Source: Opitutales bacterium (GTDB lineage Bacteria > Verrucomicrobiota > Verrucomicrobiia > Opitutales > Coraliomargaritaceae). Taken from it: a stretch of DNA of 32,778 nt. Positions 9,600 to 19,669 of the stretch are shown here, piece by piece; position 1 is the stretch's first letter, and every line of letters begins with the position of its first letter. A program made the translations under genes and the position numbers. The stretch is from the NCBI GenBank assembly GCA_049598495.1, contig JBMYNR010000016.1:1-32778 (forward strand), written 5' to 3'. The notes under the pieces are model-generated. The model had not been told where the DNA came from and searched no databases. It saw only the letters and a list, made by a program, of their open reading frames with translations.

Positions 9600-10436
9600 T
9601 TATTGGATGGATATTTTAGCCGTGCCTGAGGCATTGGGGCGGAATCGCTCTGCGCCCTGTTCAATCACCAGATTCTCGCCGGCAGTGAAGAGGATATCGA
9701 CGGGTCCGTCTTTCTCCAGGGTGACGCTTTCTCCTTCGCTCATGGTGTTGCGGTAAAGTTCGGTATCGTCCAACTGTTGCTTGACCAGGACGTAAACATT
9801 GCCGCTGGCAATGAGTGTGATACTATCTGTGTCGACTCCGTCCGTCGAGGTCGGTTCTTCCGAAGTCGCGACTTCCGAAGAGTTTTGATATTCAGGTTCG
9901 ACGGCCAGATTACTGGCGTTGTCACTCCCAAGAATCGCCATAATAAGACCGGCGACGACAAAAACAAGAGCGATGACGCCTATAAAGACCAAGCCGATCT
10001 TCATGTAGAAGGTCTTGTCGGCCTCTTCTTCTTCCTCCGGAGTCTCTTCGGTGCGGACGATTGACGTGGGTTGGGCCTCGATTCGACCGTAGGTTGCCGA
10101 TTCTTCCGATGTTTTCCCTTCAGCTGGCTCAGAAGCCTCGGTTTTTTTGATCTCCATCTGGCCGAACCATTCGGCACCACCTTTTTTGCCCAAACGTGAG
10201 TGGCTCAGTTGCTGGGCGTTGTAGTCTGTCATGATCTTGTCGACATCCAGCCTTAGGTAGCGAGCGTAGTTTTTGAGGAACCCGCGCTTGTAAATTTCAG
10301 GCAGATCAAAATCCATTTTGTTCTGCTCTATATAGCCAAGGAAGTCGCTACGGATCTTGGTCGCCTCTGCTGCCTCACGCAGCGAGATGCCCTTGCGCTT
10401 GCGTGCTTCTTCCAAACGTTCCCCAATACTTTGCAT
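9600..10436 (-). CDS. rodZ: RodZ-family cytoskeletal protein (HTH, TM, periplasmic domain)
   Basis: IGERLEEARKRKGISL..ATKIR..YKRGFLKNYARYL HTH, a single TM segment and a beta-rich C-terminal domain. Confidence 0.8.
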   Translation of the reverse strand: MQSIGERLEEARKRKGISLREAAEATKIRSDFLGYIEQNKMDFDLPEIYKRGFLKNYARYLRLDVDKIMTDYNAQQLSHSRLGKKGGAEWFGQMEIKKTEASEPAEGKTSEESATYGRIEAQPTSIVRTEETPEEEEEADKTFYMKIGLVFIGVIALVFVVAGLIMAILGSDNASNLAVEPEYQNSSEVATSEEPTSTDGVDTDSITLIASGNVYVLVKQQLDDTELYRNTMSEGESVTLEKDGPVDILFTAGENLVIEQGAERFRPNASGTAKISIQ

Positions 10437-10491
10437 TAGAGTGTATTATGAAAGGGAGTTCTTTTGTTCCGCAAGCACGGAATCACGACCT

Positions 10492-11391
10492 TTATATGGA
10501 TTCTATTAGCAGGTCTCCCCATTCGCCATCCTCGCGGCTGTCGATCTTGAGTCTGACATCCGGCCGAAGTTGAGCAAAGCGGGCTTCAAAATGGTCTCGG
10601 ACCTGGTTAAGCTCCTTGGTCAGGATTCCGCTGAGTGCCAGGGTGCCGCCCAATTTAACCCCCTTTACCAGAGGATCGGATTGGGGGATGAGAACATCGG
10701 TCTGAATGTTGGCAAGTATGAGATTGCCTTGGCGTCCTTCCGCCAATCCCGCCTCCAGGTCAGCCACGGCGAATTCCGGCTTGTTTAGATGCGGGTTCTC
10801 CACGGCATTGCTGTGGCAAACAACGATCGCCTCAGGGTCGAAGTCGAAGGCGTAGAGATGCTTGAATCCAAGCGCAGCGGCCGAGAAGGCAAGCACACCG
10901 GAGCCACAACCCGCATCGATAATATGATCCGAATCGATGGTTTCCGGGTGGGCCTCCAGATAGTCGAGCAGACGCCGTGCGCAAAGACGCGTGGTTTCAT
11001 GGGCACCTGTTCCGAATGCCATGCCCGCGTCGAGGTAAACGATCGCACTGCCGTCAGGGGGAGTGAATTTGCCGCGCTCCCAGAGTGGTATCCAATGAAG
11101 CTGGCGGTTGTGCCAGGGTTTTACAAATTCCTTGTAGGCATTTTGCCAGTCGGCGTCGTATACGGTATGTCTTAGGAAGTTTTCCGGAAGGTTTGGAAAG
11201 GCCAAGCGGAGCGAGCTTAGTTCAGTGCTTGCCGTGGCTTCGTCCGGGAAGAATCCGAAGACTTCGTAGGGGTCACCGCGTTCCTTTTGCATCACGCCCC
11301 AGTAAGGCGTCTCGATTTCACAAAAATAATCCTCTAGCGGATCTGCAAGTGCGTTATCAATGACGGCGCGGAGTTCTAACTGGTGGCTCAT
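10492..11391 (-). CDS. prmA: Ribosomal protein L11 methyltransferase
   Basis: [45 protein letters not shown]. Confidence 0.92.
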   Translation of the reverse strand: MSHQLELRAVIDNALADPLEDYFCEIETPYWGVMQKERGDPYEVFGFFPDEATASTELSSLRLAFPNLPENFLRHTVYDADWQNAYKEFVKPWHNRQLHWIPLWERGKFTPPDGSAIVYLDAGMAFGTGAHETTRLCARRLLDYLEAHPETIDSDHIIDAGCGSGVLAFSAAALGFKHLYAFDFDPEAIVVCHSNAVENPHLNKPEFAVADLEAGLAEGRQGNLILANIQTDVLIPQSDPLVKGVKLGGTLALSGILTKELNQVRDHFEARFAQLRPDVRLKIDSREDGEWGDLLIESI

Positions 11392-11984
11392 TCGGGGGAC
11401 TTGATTTTGCCCTTGCTTAGGCGCAGCACAACATCGGGGAGAAGGACGTGCTCCGCGATATGCATCTTCTTGGTGAGGATATCAATTGTATCCGATTGAT
11501 CGATACGTATTTCTTTTTGGTCAATGATCGGTCCGGCATCGAGCTCAGGGGTGACCCAGTGGACTGTGCAGCCGGTTACCCGGACACCAAAATCAAAAGC
11601 CTGTTGAATGCCATCAATGCCCGGGAAACTGGGTAGGAGGCTGGGGTGGAGGTTGATCATCTTGCCCTCAAAAGCCTCGATAAATGGGCGCCGAATAATC
11701 CGCATGAAGCCCGCGAGAACAATCAGCTTTGGTGAAAAAGTCCGGATGCGTTCGATAAAGGCTCGTTCGGCCTCTTCCGTTAGCCGGGCACCTTTACGGC
11801 CTGGATCGATGTAGATGGCAGGCACCTTGTATTTCTGGCCAAGAGAGAGAATGCCCGCCTCTTCCTGGTCGCTGAAGATAGCGGCAATTTTAGCGGCCCC
11901 CAGCTTCTTCTTTGACTCTGCTTTGAGCAGGGCCTCGGCGTTGCTGCCTCGGCCCGAGCCGAGTATGACGATTGGATAGGACAT
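11388..11984 (-). CDS. purN: Phosphoribosylglycinamide formyltransferase
   Basis: [39 protein letters not shown]; 4-nt overlap with prmA. Confidence 0.95.
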   Translation of the reverse strand: MSYPIVILGSGRGSNAEALLKAESKKKLGAAKIAAIFSDQEEAGILSLGQKYKVPAIYIDPGRKGARLTEEAERAFIERIRTFSPKLIVLAGFMRIIRRPFIEAFEGKMINLHPSLLPSFPGIDGIQQAFDFGVRVTGCTVHWVTPELDAGPIIDQKEIRIDQSDTIDILTKKMHIAEHVLLPDVVLRLSKGKIKSPE

Positions 11985-11988
11985 GTTT

Positions 11989-12098
11989 TGAAAGGCTGAG
12001 ATTTCTGAAAAGCTGAAAGGCTGAGGAACTGTTCCGAGGGACGAAGTGACGACAAGGCCGGCTGCGAAGCAGGCCGGAACAATATGGAAACGCTGAAA
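11989..12098. repeat. Degenerate 8-mer tandem repeat (ctgaaagg-like) plus GCGAAGC hairpin
   Basis: tgaaagg|ctgagattt|ctgaaaag|ctgaaagg|ctgagg at 11989-12026, hairpin ccggctgc-gaa-gcaggccgg at 12058-12077, and gaaacgctgaaa at 12087-12098. Confidence 0.6.
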
Positions 12099-13247
12099 TT
12101 AGCGGAAGAATTTCTTGGCTTTTTCGACAAAGGATTCACTGACGGGATTGGCGGGGTCGCCACATGCCTCGGCGTAATCTTCGAGCTTTGCCTTTTGATC
12201 GCTGTTCAGCTTGGTCGGAACCTCAACTTGCACGCGAATCAGCAGGTCTCCCTTGCGACCGCCTCGTAGCGCTGGGATGCCCTGTTCACGGAGCCGGAAG
12301 GTTGTGCCGGTCTGCGTGCCTGGTGGAATCTTGAGTGAACCCTTTCCGAAGAGAGTTGGCACGCTGATGGAACCGCCGAGAGCCGCGAGGGTGAATTTGA
12401 TCGGCACTTCACAGAATAGATCGTTCTCGTGCCGCTCGAAGAGCTCGTGTTCCTTGACATGGATAATGATATAAAGGTCGCCAGCCTGGCCGCCCATCTG
12501 GCCGGCTTCTCCTTTCCCTGCGGAGCGTAGCTTTGAGCCCGTAGAGACACCTGCAGGAATGCGAACCTTGACGGTGCTGTTGTCCATCACACGACCCTCT
12601 CCACGGCAGTCGCTGCATGGTTTTTCGATGATTTGCCCTGTGCCTTGGCAGTTTGGGCAAACCTGACGAAAACTGATGAAGCCGCGATTTGAGGACACTT
12701 GACCGGTGCCGCCGCAGCTTGGGCAGGTGACTTTTTTTGAGCCAGGCTCCGCGCCGGAACCGTTGCACTTATTGCAGGATACCGGGCGTCGATAGCGAAT
12801 CTCCTTCTCGACGCCCTTGGCGGCTTCTTCTAGAGTAATCTCAAGGTCGTAGCGGAGGTCGGAGCCATGTGAGGCACCGCCACGAGACTGGCCACCCCCG
12901 CCACCGAAAAACTCTTCAAAAATGCCACCGCCACCGCCGCCGCCGAAGGCTTCGCGGAAAATATCAAAGGGGTCATGACCTCCCATGCCTCCCATGCCGC
13001 CGGGGCTTCCCATGCCGCCTTGCTTAAATGCGGCGTGCCCGTAGCGGTCATAGGCCGCGCGTTTGTCGGCGTCCTTGAGGACGTCATAAGCTTCGGAGAT
13101 CTCCTTAAACTTAGCCTCAGCAGCAGTATCGCCGGGGTTCTTGTCCGGGTGGTATTTGACCGCCAGCTTTCGGTAGGCCTTCTTTAGGTCGGCCTCCGAA
13201 GCGTCACGTGAGACGCCCAGCAGTTGATAGTAGTCAGTTGTTGCCAT
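12099..13247 (-). CDS. dnaJ: Chaperone DnaJ
   Basis: J-domain with HPD, G/F-rich linker, four CxxCxGxG zinc-finger repeats. Confidence 0.97.
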   Translation of the reverse strand: MATTDYYQLLGVSRDASEADLKKAYRKLAVKYHPDKNPGDTAAEAKFKEISEAYDVLKDADKRAAYDRYGHAAFKQGGMGSPGGMGGMGGHDPFDIFREAFGGGGGGGIFEEFFGGGGGQSRGGASHGSDLRYDLEITLEEAAKGVEKEIRYRRPVSCNKCNGSGAEPGSKKVTCPSCGGTGQVSSNRGFISFRQVCPNCQGTGQIIEKPCSDCRGEGRVMDNSTVKVRIPAGVSTGSKLRSAGKGEAGQMGGQAGDLYIIIHVKEHELFERHENDLFCEVPIKFTLAALGGSISVPTLFGKGSLKIPPGTQTGTTFRLREQGIPALRGGRKGDLLIRVQVEVPTKLNSDQKAKLEDYAEACGDPANPVSESFVEKAKKFFR

Positions 13248-13253
13248 GCTCTT

Positions 13254-13835
13254 TTAACCCTCCTCTTTTTGTGGGCCGCTGGAAACAATGACATTGGCGG
13301 CACGGATGAGGCGATCATTCAAACGATAGCCGGAGCGAACGGTTTGGATAATGAAGTCCTCTTTGACATCATCGGAGGGTTGGTGGGCGATGCATTCGTG
13401 TAGATTCGGATCGAATGGCTCACCGTCAGGGAGCAGCTCCTCAAGTCCTTGTTCGGAAAGCGATTTCTTGAGCTGGTCATCGACCATCTTGAAACCATAC
13501 GTCACATCTTTGGCTTCAGGGTGGTTTTCGGCGGCTTGCAGACCGAGCTTCATGTTGTCGAGCACGGGAAGGAGCGATTCGACCACATTCGCGGCGGCGC
13601 TACGGATGATTTCCTGTTTCTCGCGGGTAATCCGTTTGCGATAGTTTTCCAGGTCGGCCACTGCACGGAGATAGCGAACTTTCATCTCTGCAGCATCGTT
13701 CTTCGCTTGCTCGAGCTCACTTAATTCGGGTGCTGCCTCATTCGTCGGTGTTTCCTCGACGAGTTCGTCGCTTGGGTTCGCCTTATCCGCCTCCTCTATT
13801 GCGGGCTCTTCGATTTCTTCGTTCTTCTTGGTCAT
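13254..13835 (-). CDS. grpE: Nucleotide exchange factor GrpE
   Basis: [41 protein letters not shown]. Confidence 0.96.
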   Translation of the reverse strand: MTKKNEEIEEPAIEEADKANPSDELVEETPTNEAAPELSELEQAKNDAAEMKVRYLRAVADLENYRKRITREKQEIIRSAAANVVESLLPVLDNMKLGLQAAENHPEAKDVTYGFKMVDDQLKKSLSEQGLEELLPDGEPFDPNLHECIAHQPSDDVKEDFIIQTVRSGYRLNDRLIRAANVIVSSGPQKEEG

Positions 13836-14005
13836 GATGATAAAATTTGCTGCTTTGGCGGGCGTAGGACGCCCCTTGAGTTTTAAAGTGAGCGCGGCAG
13901 TCTGATGATAAATCTCCAGAATTCAAGGTTGCAGTCGACTCCCTGGGCAGCCTCGGAAAGCGGCTTCCCGCTTGACTCCAGAAACAAAAGGGAAATTTTC
14001 GAGCT

Positions 14006-14254
14006 ATGGCAGAAATAGATGAAAAATGGCCGGAGAACGTGAAGGGTAAATTCTACGTCGATGAACAATGCATCGATTGTGACCTTTGCCGCGAAACGGC
14101 TCCCGAGAATTTCACGCGCAACGAGGACGGAGGTTATTCCTTCGTCTACAAGCAACCTGAGTCTCAAGAGGAGATCGATCTTTGTGTAGAGGCACTCGAA
14201 GGTTGTCCCGTTGAAGCAATTGGCGACAACGGCGACAACGGCGACAAGGAGTAG
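14006..14254 (+). CDS. Monocluster 4Fe-4S ferredoxin
   Basis: CIDCDLC...CPVEAIG motif; 82 aa, acidic. Confidence 0.92.
   Translation: MAEIDEKWPENVKGKFYVDEQCIDCDLCRETAPENFTRNEDGGYSFVYKQPESQEEIDLCVEALEGCPVEAIGDNGDNGDKE
14222..14248 (+). repeat. 9-bp tandem repeat x3 (ggcgacaac) encoding GDN-GDN-GDK
   Basis: ggcgacaac ggcgacaac ggcgacaag read directly. Confidence 0.85.
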
Positions 14255-14277
14255 ATTCCTTGTGATGACCCTTGAGC

Positions 14278-14299
14278 GCCCGCCTCATGGCGGGTTTTT
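14278..14299 (+). terminator. Intrinsic terminator after ferredoxin
   Basis: gcccgcc-tcat-ggcgggt stem followed by a T run. Confidence 0.7.
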
Positions 14300-14319
14300 C
14301 GAGTGGTATGACATGGGTC

Positions 14320-14958
14320 ATGGACGAATCACAAGGTATGAACGAAATATCTGAAGCACACGCACGTGAGCTTCATAAGCAGGCTGCCCGTAAAGCGGAG
14401 TTGCGAGAACGCTTACAAGCGGAGCTTGGTGCTTGCGATACCATCCTCTTCGAGGCGGGTTGCGGGCATGGGCACTGGTTGACGGATTACGCGGAGGCCC
14501 ATCCTCATACGGTTTGCGTTGGTATCGACCTCATTTCCTGGCGCATTCGTAAAGGGCAGGATAAGAAGGCGAAGCGCGGTCTCGAAAACCTGCATTTTTA
14601 CAAGGCCGAGTTGGGGGAATTCCTTGAGTCGCTGCCAGACTCGGTCCGTTTCGAGCGCACAGTTCTCCTCTTCCCTGACCCTTGGCCCAAGGCGCGTCAT
14701 CATCGGCGCCGTATGGTGCAAGCCGCATTTCTTGATGAAGTCGCGCGCCGGACCGATCCCGGAGGTAGCTTCTGCTTCCGTTCGGATGACCGCCCCTATT
14801 TTGACTGGACGATTGAGCACTTGGAGAGTCATCCGAGTTGGGAAATTGATCGCTCTGCCGAATGGCCCTACGAGAGCGAGACCTATTTTCAAAGCCTGAT
14901 GGATGCCTACCACTCCGTAGTCGCGAAGCGAGTTCAGTCGGATTTCGCAGGCCTATAA
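14320..14958 (+). CDS. trmB: tRNA (guanine-N7)-methyltransferase
   Basis: [27 protein letters not shown]. Start uncertain (ATG 14308, 14320 or 14338). Confidence 0.88.
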   Translation: MDESQGMNEISEAHARELHKQAARKAELRERLQAELGACDTILFEAGCGHGHWLTDYAEAHPHTVCVGIDLISWRIRKGQDKKAKRGLENLHFYKAELGEFLESLPDSVRFERTVLLFPDPWPKARHHRRRMVQAAFLDEVARRTDPGGSFCFRSDDRPYFDWTIEHLESHPSWEIDRSAEWPYESETYFQSLMDAYHSVVAKRVQSDFAGL

Positions 14959-15002
14959 TTACGGCGTGACTGTTCCTGTTTTGGGGGCTAGAAGCATTGA
15001 GC

Positions 15003-15527
15003 ATGGAACAGGTATCTGCACTTCTTGATAAAATTTCTCCGGAGGCCATCGACCTTGTAACAAATGCCGAGCGTGTCCTAGGCGGGGAGTCCCTCTCTGC
15101 GGTCCACACATGGGGTTGCGCCTTGGCGGCCGCCTATTTTATCCGTCAATCGGATTTAATTGCCGCGGTTCTTGAGGATGCCCGCGCTGCCGGGCTTACG
15201 GAGAATTCAATCAAGGATGCCAAAGGTGCTGCGGCTATAATGGGGATGAATACGGTCTATTTTCGATTCCGCCACTTGATGAAGGCAGATGCCTACAACC
15301 ATATGCCCTTCAATTTAAGTATGAAGCGGATGCAACAGGTCGCGACTTCAAAGGAAGATTTCGAACTTTTCTCTATTGGCCCTGCGGCACTGGCCGGTTG
15401 TGAGCTTTGTCTTCAGGCCCACGAGGCGGCCGTCAAGAAGGGCGGGATGTCAGAGGAAAATGTCCACGATGCTGTCCGTATCGCCTCCGTTTTGCATGGC
15501 CTCGCGGTCGCCCTTGAGATTGCCTAA
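15003..15527 (+). CDS. ahpD: Alkylhydroperoxidase AhpD / carboxymuconolactone decarboxylase family
   Basis: AAAIMGMNTVYFRFRH, FELFS..GCELCLQAHE (CxxC), DAVRIASV. Confidence 0.85.
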   Translation: MEQVSALLDKISPEAIDLVTNAERVLGGESLSAVHTWGCALAAAYFIRQSDLIAAVLEDARAAGLTENSIKDAKGAAAIMGMNTVYFRFRHLMKADAYNHMPFNLSMKRMQQVATSKEDFELFSIGPAALAGCELCLQAHEAAVKKGGMSEENVHDAVRIASVLHGLAVALEIA

Positions 15528-15533
15528 ATTACT

Positions 15534-15728
15534 ATGAAGAAGGTCTTTATTTCAGGTTGCTATGATATTCTCCACGGCGGGCATATTCAGTTTTTTAAGG
15601 AGGCACGAGCACTGGGGGATCATCTTACCGTGTGCTTTGCTTCCGATCAGGTTCTCGAGTCGCGCGATGGCTTTGTCGCATCCGCGGACTGTAACCGAGC
15701 CATCGAGCCCTATATAACGATCCGCTAG
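15534..15728 (+). pseudogene. Remnant of an HxGH cytidylyltransferase-family gene (64 aa)
   Basis: MKKVFISGCYDILHGGHIQFFKEARALGDHLTVCFASD is a typical CTP_transf N-terminus, but the ORF is far shorter than a full domain and I see no continuation in other frames. Confidence 0.75.
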
Positions 15729-15824
15729 ACGGCGGCTTTTATCCTTTACGGGCACAGGGATGCGCTCAGTTTCTACTGAAGATCGTTGGGCCAAGCGGGC
15801 CTTTGCCTTCTGACTTCTAATACA

Positions 15825-17006
15825 ATGAGTTTGATCGATACCATTCGCACCAATACCGAGACAATCATCGGCGAGACAGAACTTGAGGATCGCCTGCATG
15901 GCAGTCGACCTCTGCGGGTCAAGCTGGGCGTGGACCCGACCCGGCCTGACCTGACCTTCGGCCACCTGGTCGTATTCAATAAGCTCCGCCAGTTCCAGGA
16001 CCTTGGGCACGAAGCAATCCTCATTATTGGTGACTTCACCACGCTTATCGGTGATCCTTCCGGTCGCTCCAGTACACGGCCAGTCCTGAGTAAGGAAGAG
16101 ATTGAGGAAAACGCGCAGACCTATTTGGATCAGGCTTTCAAGATTCTCGATAAGGAGAAGACGACGGTTTACTACAACAGTGAGTGGTTCAGCGAGATGT
16201 CTTTTGAAGACTGTTTGAAGCTTTCGCGGAAGATGACGGTTGCCCGCATGCTGGAGCGTGATGATTTTGCCAAGCGCTACGCCTCACAGGCACCCATCAC
16301 AATGATCGAGTTTCTCTATCCCTTGATTCAGGGTTACGACTCGCTCGTCCTGAACGCTGATATTGAGATTGGGGGCACCGACCAACTCTTTAATATGCTG
16401 GTGGGGCGTGCACTCCAGAAAGATGCCGGCAAGCAGGAGCAGGCAGTGATCACGATGCCGCTTCTCGTCGGCCTCGACGGCACCAAGAAAATGTCCAAGA
16501 GCGCTGATAACTACATTGCGTTTACGGACGGCCCGAAAGACATGTTCGGAAAAATTATGTCGATCAGTGATGATACGATGTGGGATTATTACAGCCTGCT
16601 GCTGGAGCTTTCTAACGAGAAGATCGAGAGGTTAAAGACCGATCACCCGATGCAAGCCAAGAAACAGCTCGCGTCCTCGCTAGTCGGGAGGTTTCACTCT
16701 ATGAAAGTGGCCAAGCATGAGTTGGAGCAGTTCGAGCAGGTGTTTTCGAAGAACAAAATGCCGGATGACATGCCGACCTTCACCTGGAACGATCTTCTCG
16801 GTGATGCCGTCAGTGCGCCCTTGTTCGAGGTTATGGCTCGGTCGGAACTCTTTGAAAGCAAGGGAGCGATTCGTCGTCTCGTTCAACAGGGCGGGGTTAA
16901 GATCGACGGTGAAAAGCAGTCCGATCCGAACCGGGAAATGGCGCCTCCGGTTGGTGAGCAGATATTCCAAGCGGGCAAGCGTATCTTCTTTAAATTGGTC
17001 GGATAG
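15825..17006 (+). CDS. tyrS: Tyrosine--tRNA ligase
   Basis: KLGVDPT..LTFGH, IGDPSGRS, YPLIQGYDS, GGTDQLFN, KMSKS, C-terminal S4 domain (QAGKR). Start ATG 15825. Confidence 0.96.
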   Translation: MSLIDTIRTNTETIIGETELEDRLHGSRPLRVKLGVDPTRPDLTFGHLVVFNKLRQFQDLGHEAILIIGDFTTLIGDPSGRSSTRPVLSKEEIEENAQTYLDQAFKILDKEKTTVYYNSEWFSEMSFEDCLKLSRKMTVARMLERDDFAKRYASQAPITMIEFLYPLIQGYDSLVLNADIEIGGTDQLFNMLVGRALQKDAGKQEQAVITMPLLVGLDGTKKMSKSADNYIAFTDGPKDMFGKIMSISDDTMWDYYSLLLELSNEKIERLKTDHPMQAKKQLASSLVGRFHSMKVAKHELEQFEQVFSKNKMPDDMPTFTWNDLLGDAVSAPLFEVMARSELFESKGAIRRLVQQGGVKIDGEKQSDPNREMAPPVGEQIFQAGKRIFFKLVG

Positions 17007-17116
17007 GGTATAATCCCTTTCCTGCGAAGGTAATCGTTTGACATTCAAATGCTTTCATAGAAAAACACAGGTATTCAATACAGGCGTATTCGCGTAAACT
17101 TACATCACATAACATC

Positions 17117-18139
17117 GTGTTCGGATTACTCTCTAACGACATTGGCATCGACCTAGGCACAGCAAACACGCTTGTTTTCGCCAAAGAGAAAGGTATCGTT
17201 CTTCGCGAGCCCAGCGTGGTGGCAATTTACTCTTCGACCAAGAAGGTCTGTGCTGTGGGTTCAGAAGCGAAAAAGATGCTCGGCCGCACACCTGGTAATA
17301 TCACAGCAATCAGGCCTATGAAGGACGGCGTGATTGCCGACTTTGAGATTACGGAGGCGATGCTTCGTTACTTCATCAATAAGGTGAACCGGAAAAAGAC
17401 TTTTGTCGCGCCACGTATTATTGTCGCAGTGCCTTCAGGGATCACCGAAGTGGAGCGGCGTGCTGTTAAAGATTCCGCCATCCGTGCAGGTGCACGCGAT
17501 GTCGTTCTCTTGGAAGAGCCCATGGCTGCGGCCATTGGTGTGGGGTTGCCGATTGACGAACCGGCTGCCAATATGATTGTCGATATCGGCGGAGGCACAA
17601 CCGAGGTTGCCATCATTTCCCTTGCCGGAGTGGTTTACACAAAGAGTATTCGTGTGGGCGGTGACGAGATCGATAGTGCGATCGTCAACTACATGAAGCG
17701 CGCATACAATTTAATGATTGGTGAGCGCACCGCTGAAGAGATTAAGATTAAGATTGGTTCCGCCTTCCCGCTCGAGGAGGAGGTTTCCATGGAAGTCCGT
17801 GGTCGCGACTCGGTTGCGGGTCTTCCGAAGACAATCACCATCACTTCACAGGAGATCCGCGAAGCACTTTCGGATACCATCCAATCGATAGTCGACCTTG
17901 TCCGGAATGCACTCGAGCGCTGCCCTCCCGAATTGTCGGCTGACTTGGTTGATCGCGGCTTCTTTCTGGCTGGTGGTGGCGCCATGATCAGGGGGCTCGA
18001 TCAACAGCTTAGTGATGCGACCGGTTTGCCGGTTGTGATTGCGGACGATCCTCTCAGCGCGGTCGCCAATGGCACCGGCATGGTCTTGCACGAACTTGCT
18101 TTCTTGCTCAAAGACCTCACGGGTAACCCTAAAAGCTAG
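17117..18139 (+). CDS. mreB: Rod shape-determining protein MreB
   Basis: [50 protein letters not shown] start. Confidence 0.98.
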   Translation: MFGLLSNDIGIDLGTANTLVFAKEKGIVLREPSVVAIYSSTKKVCAVGSEAKKMLGRTPGNITAIRPMKDGVIADFEITEAMLRYFINKVNRKKTFVAPRIIVAVPSGITEVERRAVKDSAIRAGARDVVLLEEPMAAAIGVGLPIDEPAANMIVDIGGGTTEVAIISLAGVVYTKSIRVGGDEIDSAIVNYMKRAYNLMIGERTAEEIKIKIGSAFPLEEEVSMEVRGRDSVAGLPKTITITSQEIREALSDTIQSIVDLVRNALERCPPELSADLVDRGFFLAGGGAMIRGLDQQLSDATGLPVVIADDPLSAVANGTGMVLHELAFLLKDLTGNPKS

Positions 18140-18148
18140 CGTAGCACC

Positions 18149-19000
18149 GTGGCGAAGCTCCGCCTCGATAAGATCAAGCCGTTGGTCGCATTGGGCGTCT
18201 TTCTCGTCCTATGGTGGGTGCTCCCGACGACTATCAAGTCTTTTCTGAAGGTTAGCTTTGAGGAGTTTCAGGCGCCCGCCTGGGTGGCCACCTCATACCT
18301 TGATGATCTCGAAGGTTTTTGGTCCCGCCGCAGCCACTCCAAGGTAGAGTTGATTGAAGCGGGCCGCGAGCTTGCCCGGGCGAAGGCGCTCTACCAGTTC
18401 AATGCACAGCGCAAGGAAACCCTGGAGAACGAGATCCATCGACTGGAGTCCATCCTCAATCTGCCCAGCCGCCGTGAGTTTCGCTATGAGGTAGCCCGTG
18501 TTATCCGGCGTGATCTCAATGTCTGGTGGCAGCATATGATTATTCGAAAGGGTAAGGACTTTGATATCCCCGTGGGAGCGGCCGTAGTTTTTGCTGGCGG
18601 AGTCGTCGGTCGTGTGGTTGAGGTCAACGCATTTACGAGTCGTGTTGAGCTGATCACGAGTCCGAATTTTCGGATGGCAGCAAACTTTGAAGGCGATGAG
18701 CGCCCCGTTGTCTATCAAGGTGTGCCTCAGGTTGGTTTCGGAGATCCCGTTGGCACCGTGCGTGATGCCCCGCTGGATGTGGTCGCTAGTACGGTGAGCC
18801 CGCTGCGTCTTGTTTCCACTCGACTTGGCGGCACCTTCCCTCCCGGGCTCACGATCGGCCACGTGCCCTGGTTGGAGCCTGGAGATACCGGTATTTTTCA
18901 GGCTGGAGAAGTGCACTTGGACCCGCGTCTTTTACGACTGCACGAAGTTGCTGTATTGATCCCCTTATATCCTATCGAACTAGAAAACGATGTTCCTTGA
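18149..19000 (+). CDS. mreC: Rod shape-determining protein MreC
   Basis: N-terminal TM, coiled coil, GVVGRVVEV, GGTFPPGLTIG; follows mreB. Confidence 0.9.
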   Translation: MAKLRLDKIKPLVALGVFLVLWWVLPTTIKSFLKVSFEEFQAPAWVATSYLDDLEGFWSRRSHSKVELIEAGRELARAKALYQFNAQRKETLENEIHRLESILNLPSRREFRYEVARVIRRDLNVWWQHMIIRKGKDFDIPVGAAVVFAGGVVGRVVEVNAFTSRVELITSPNFRMAANFEGDERPVVYQGVPQVGFGDPVGTVRDAPLDVVASTVSPLRLVSTRLGGTFPPGLTIGHVPWLEPGDTGIFQAGEVHLDPRLLRLHEVAVLIPLYPIELENDVP

Positions 19001-19520
19001 TCCACGAGCCATTCTTCTTTTTGCGGCCAACGCGATTCTTCTCTTCCTAATGTTAATGGTGAACTCGGCCCTCGCGAGCGCATCGATCTATCTCTGCCTG
19101 CTTGGGCCGATGGTTGTCTTTCCTGCCCTCTATCTACGCCACCGCTCATACTTTATCTGCACCTTGGTCACCGGGTTCTGGGTCGATGCGGCTTTGCCCA
19201 CGCCGTTCGGTTTGTTTACCCTCTGTTTTCTCGGTGTGGGTGCACTGATCTTTCAAATGCGGATTCGTTTTCGGGCCGAGCATAACTATCACCCGATCCT
19301 CTTGGCTCACGGGCTGAACCTTTTCTACCTATTTGTGCTGGCCATCCTTATGCGCGACGGATCCTGGGCAACGTTCGCCTACTGGTTCCAAGTTGTTGTT
19401 ACGTGTCTGGCCTCCCACCTGATCCTGCTTCTTATTGCACCGTGGTTCTATAATTTCGAGCGAGCGCTCATTCATCTATTTAAAATGGATCCTGAGCCCG
19501 AGGACTTTCCAATTCTATGA
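18990..19520 (+). CDS. mreD: Rod shape-determining protein MreD-like membrane protein
   Basis: 176-aa polytopic membrane protein overlapping mreC and preceding PBP2; call rests on synteny and hydrophobicity. Confidence 0.72.
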   Translation: MFLDPRAILLFAANAILLFLMLMVNSALASASIYLCLLGPMVVFPALYLRHRSYFICTLVTGFWVDAALPTPFGLFTLCFLGVGALIFQMRIRFRAEHNYHPILLAHGLNLFYLFVLAILMRDGSWATFAYWFQVVVTCLASHLILLLIAPWFYNFERALIHLFKMDPEPEDFPIL

Positions 19521-19669
19521 GTGCTGTCAGAGGTAGATCCGGCAGGCCAATTGTCGTTTGGTGTCGTTACAGTAGAAGCTCTCAGCTTTTCACGGCAGCA
19601 GAGTATCGTGGCGACATCTCGAGTAATTATTTTTGTTACCAGTCTTGTGTATTTTGACTTTTTTCAAGA

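Noticed and set aside
12890..13020. ccgcca/cccatg low-complexity repeats
   Set aside because: They encode the normal Gly/Phe-rich linker of DnaJ.
13836..14005. CIRCE (HrcA) element upstream of grpE
   Set aside because: No TTAGCACTC-N9-GAGTGCTAA match; the lone gagtgctaa half-site near 22219 is inside metH and lacks its partner.
17005..17066. Sigma-70 promoter for mreB (TTGACA at 17038, TATAAT at 17009)
   Set aside because: The hexamers are in the wrong order and no good -10 lies 16-18 nt after TTGACA; a promoter is likely in this AT-rich spacer but I cannot place it.
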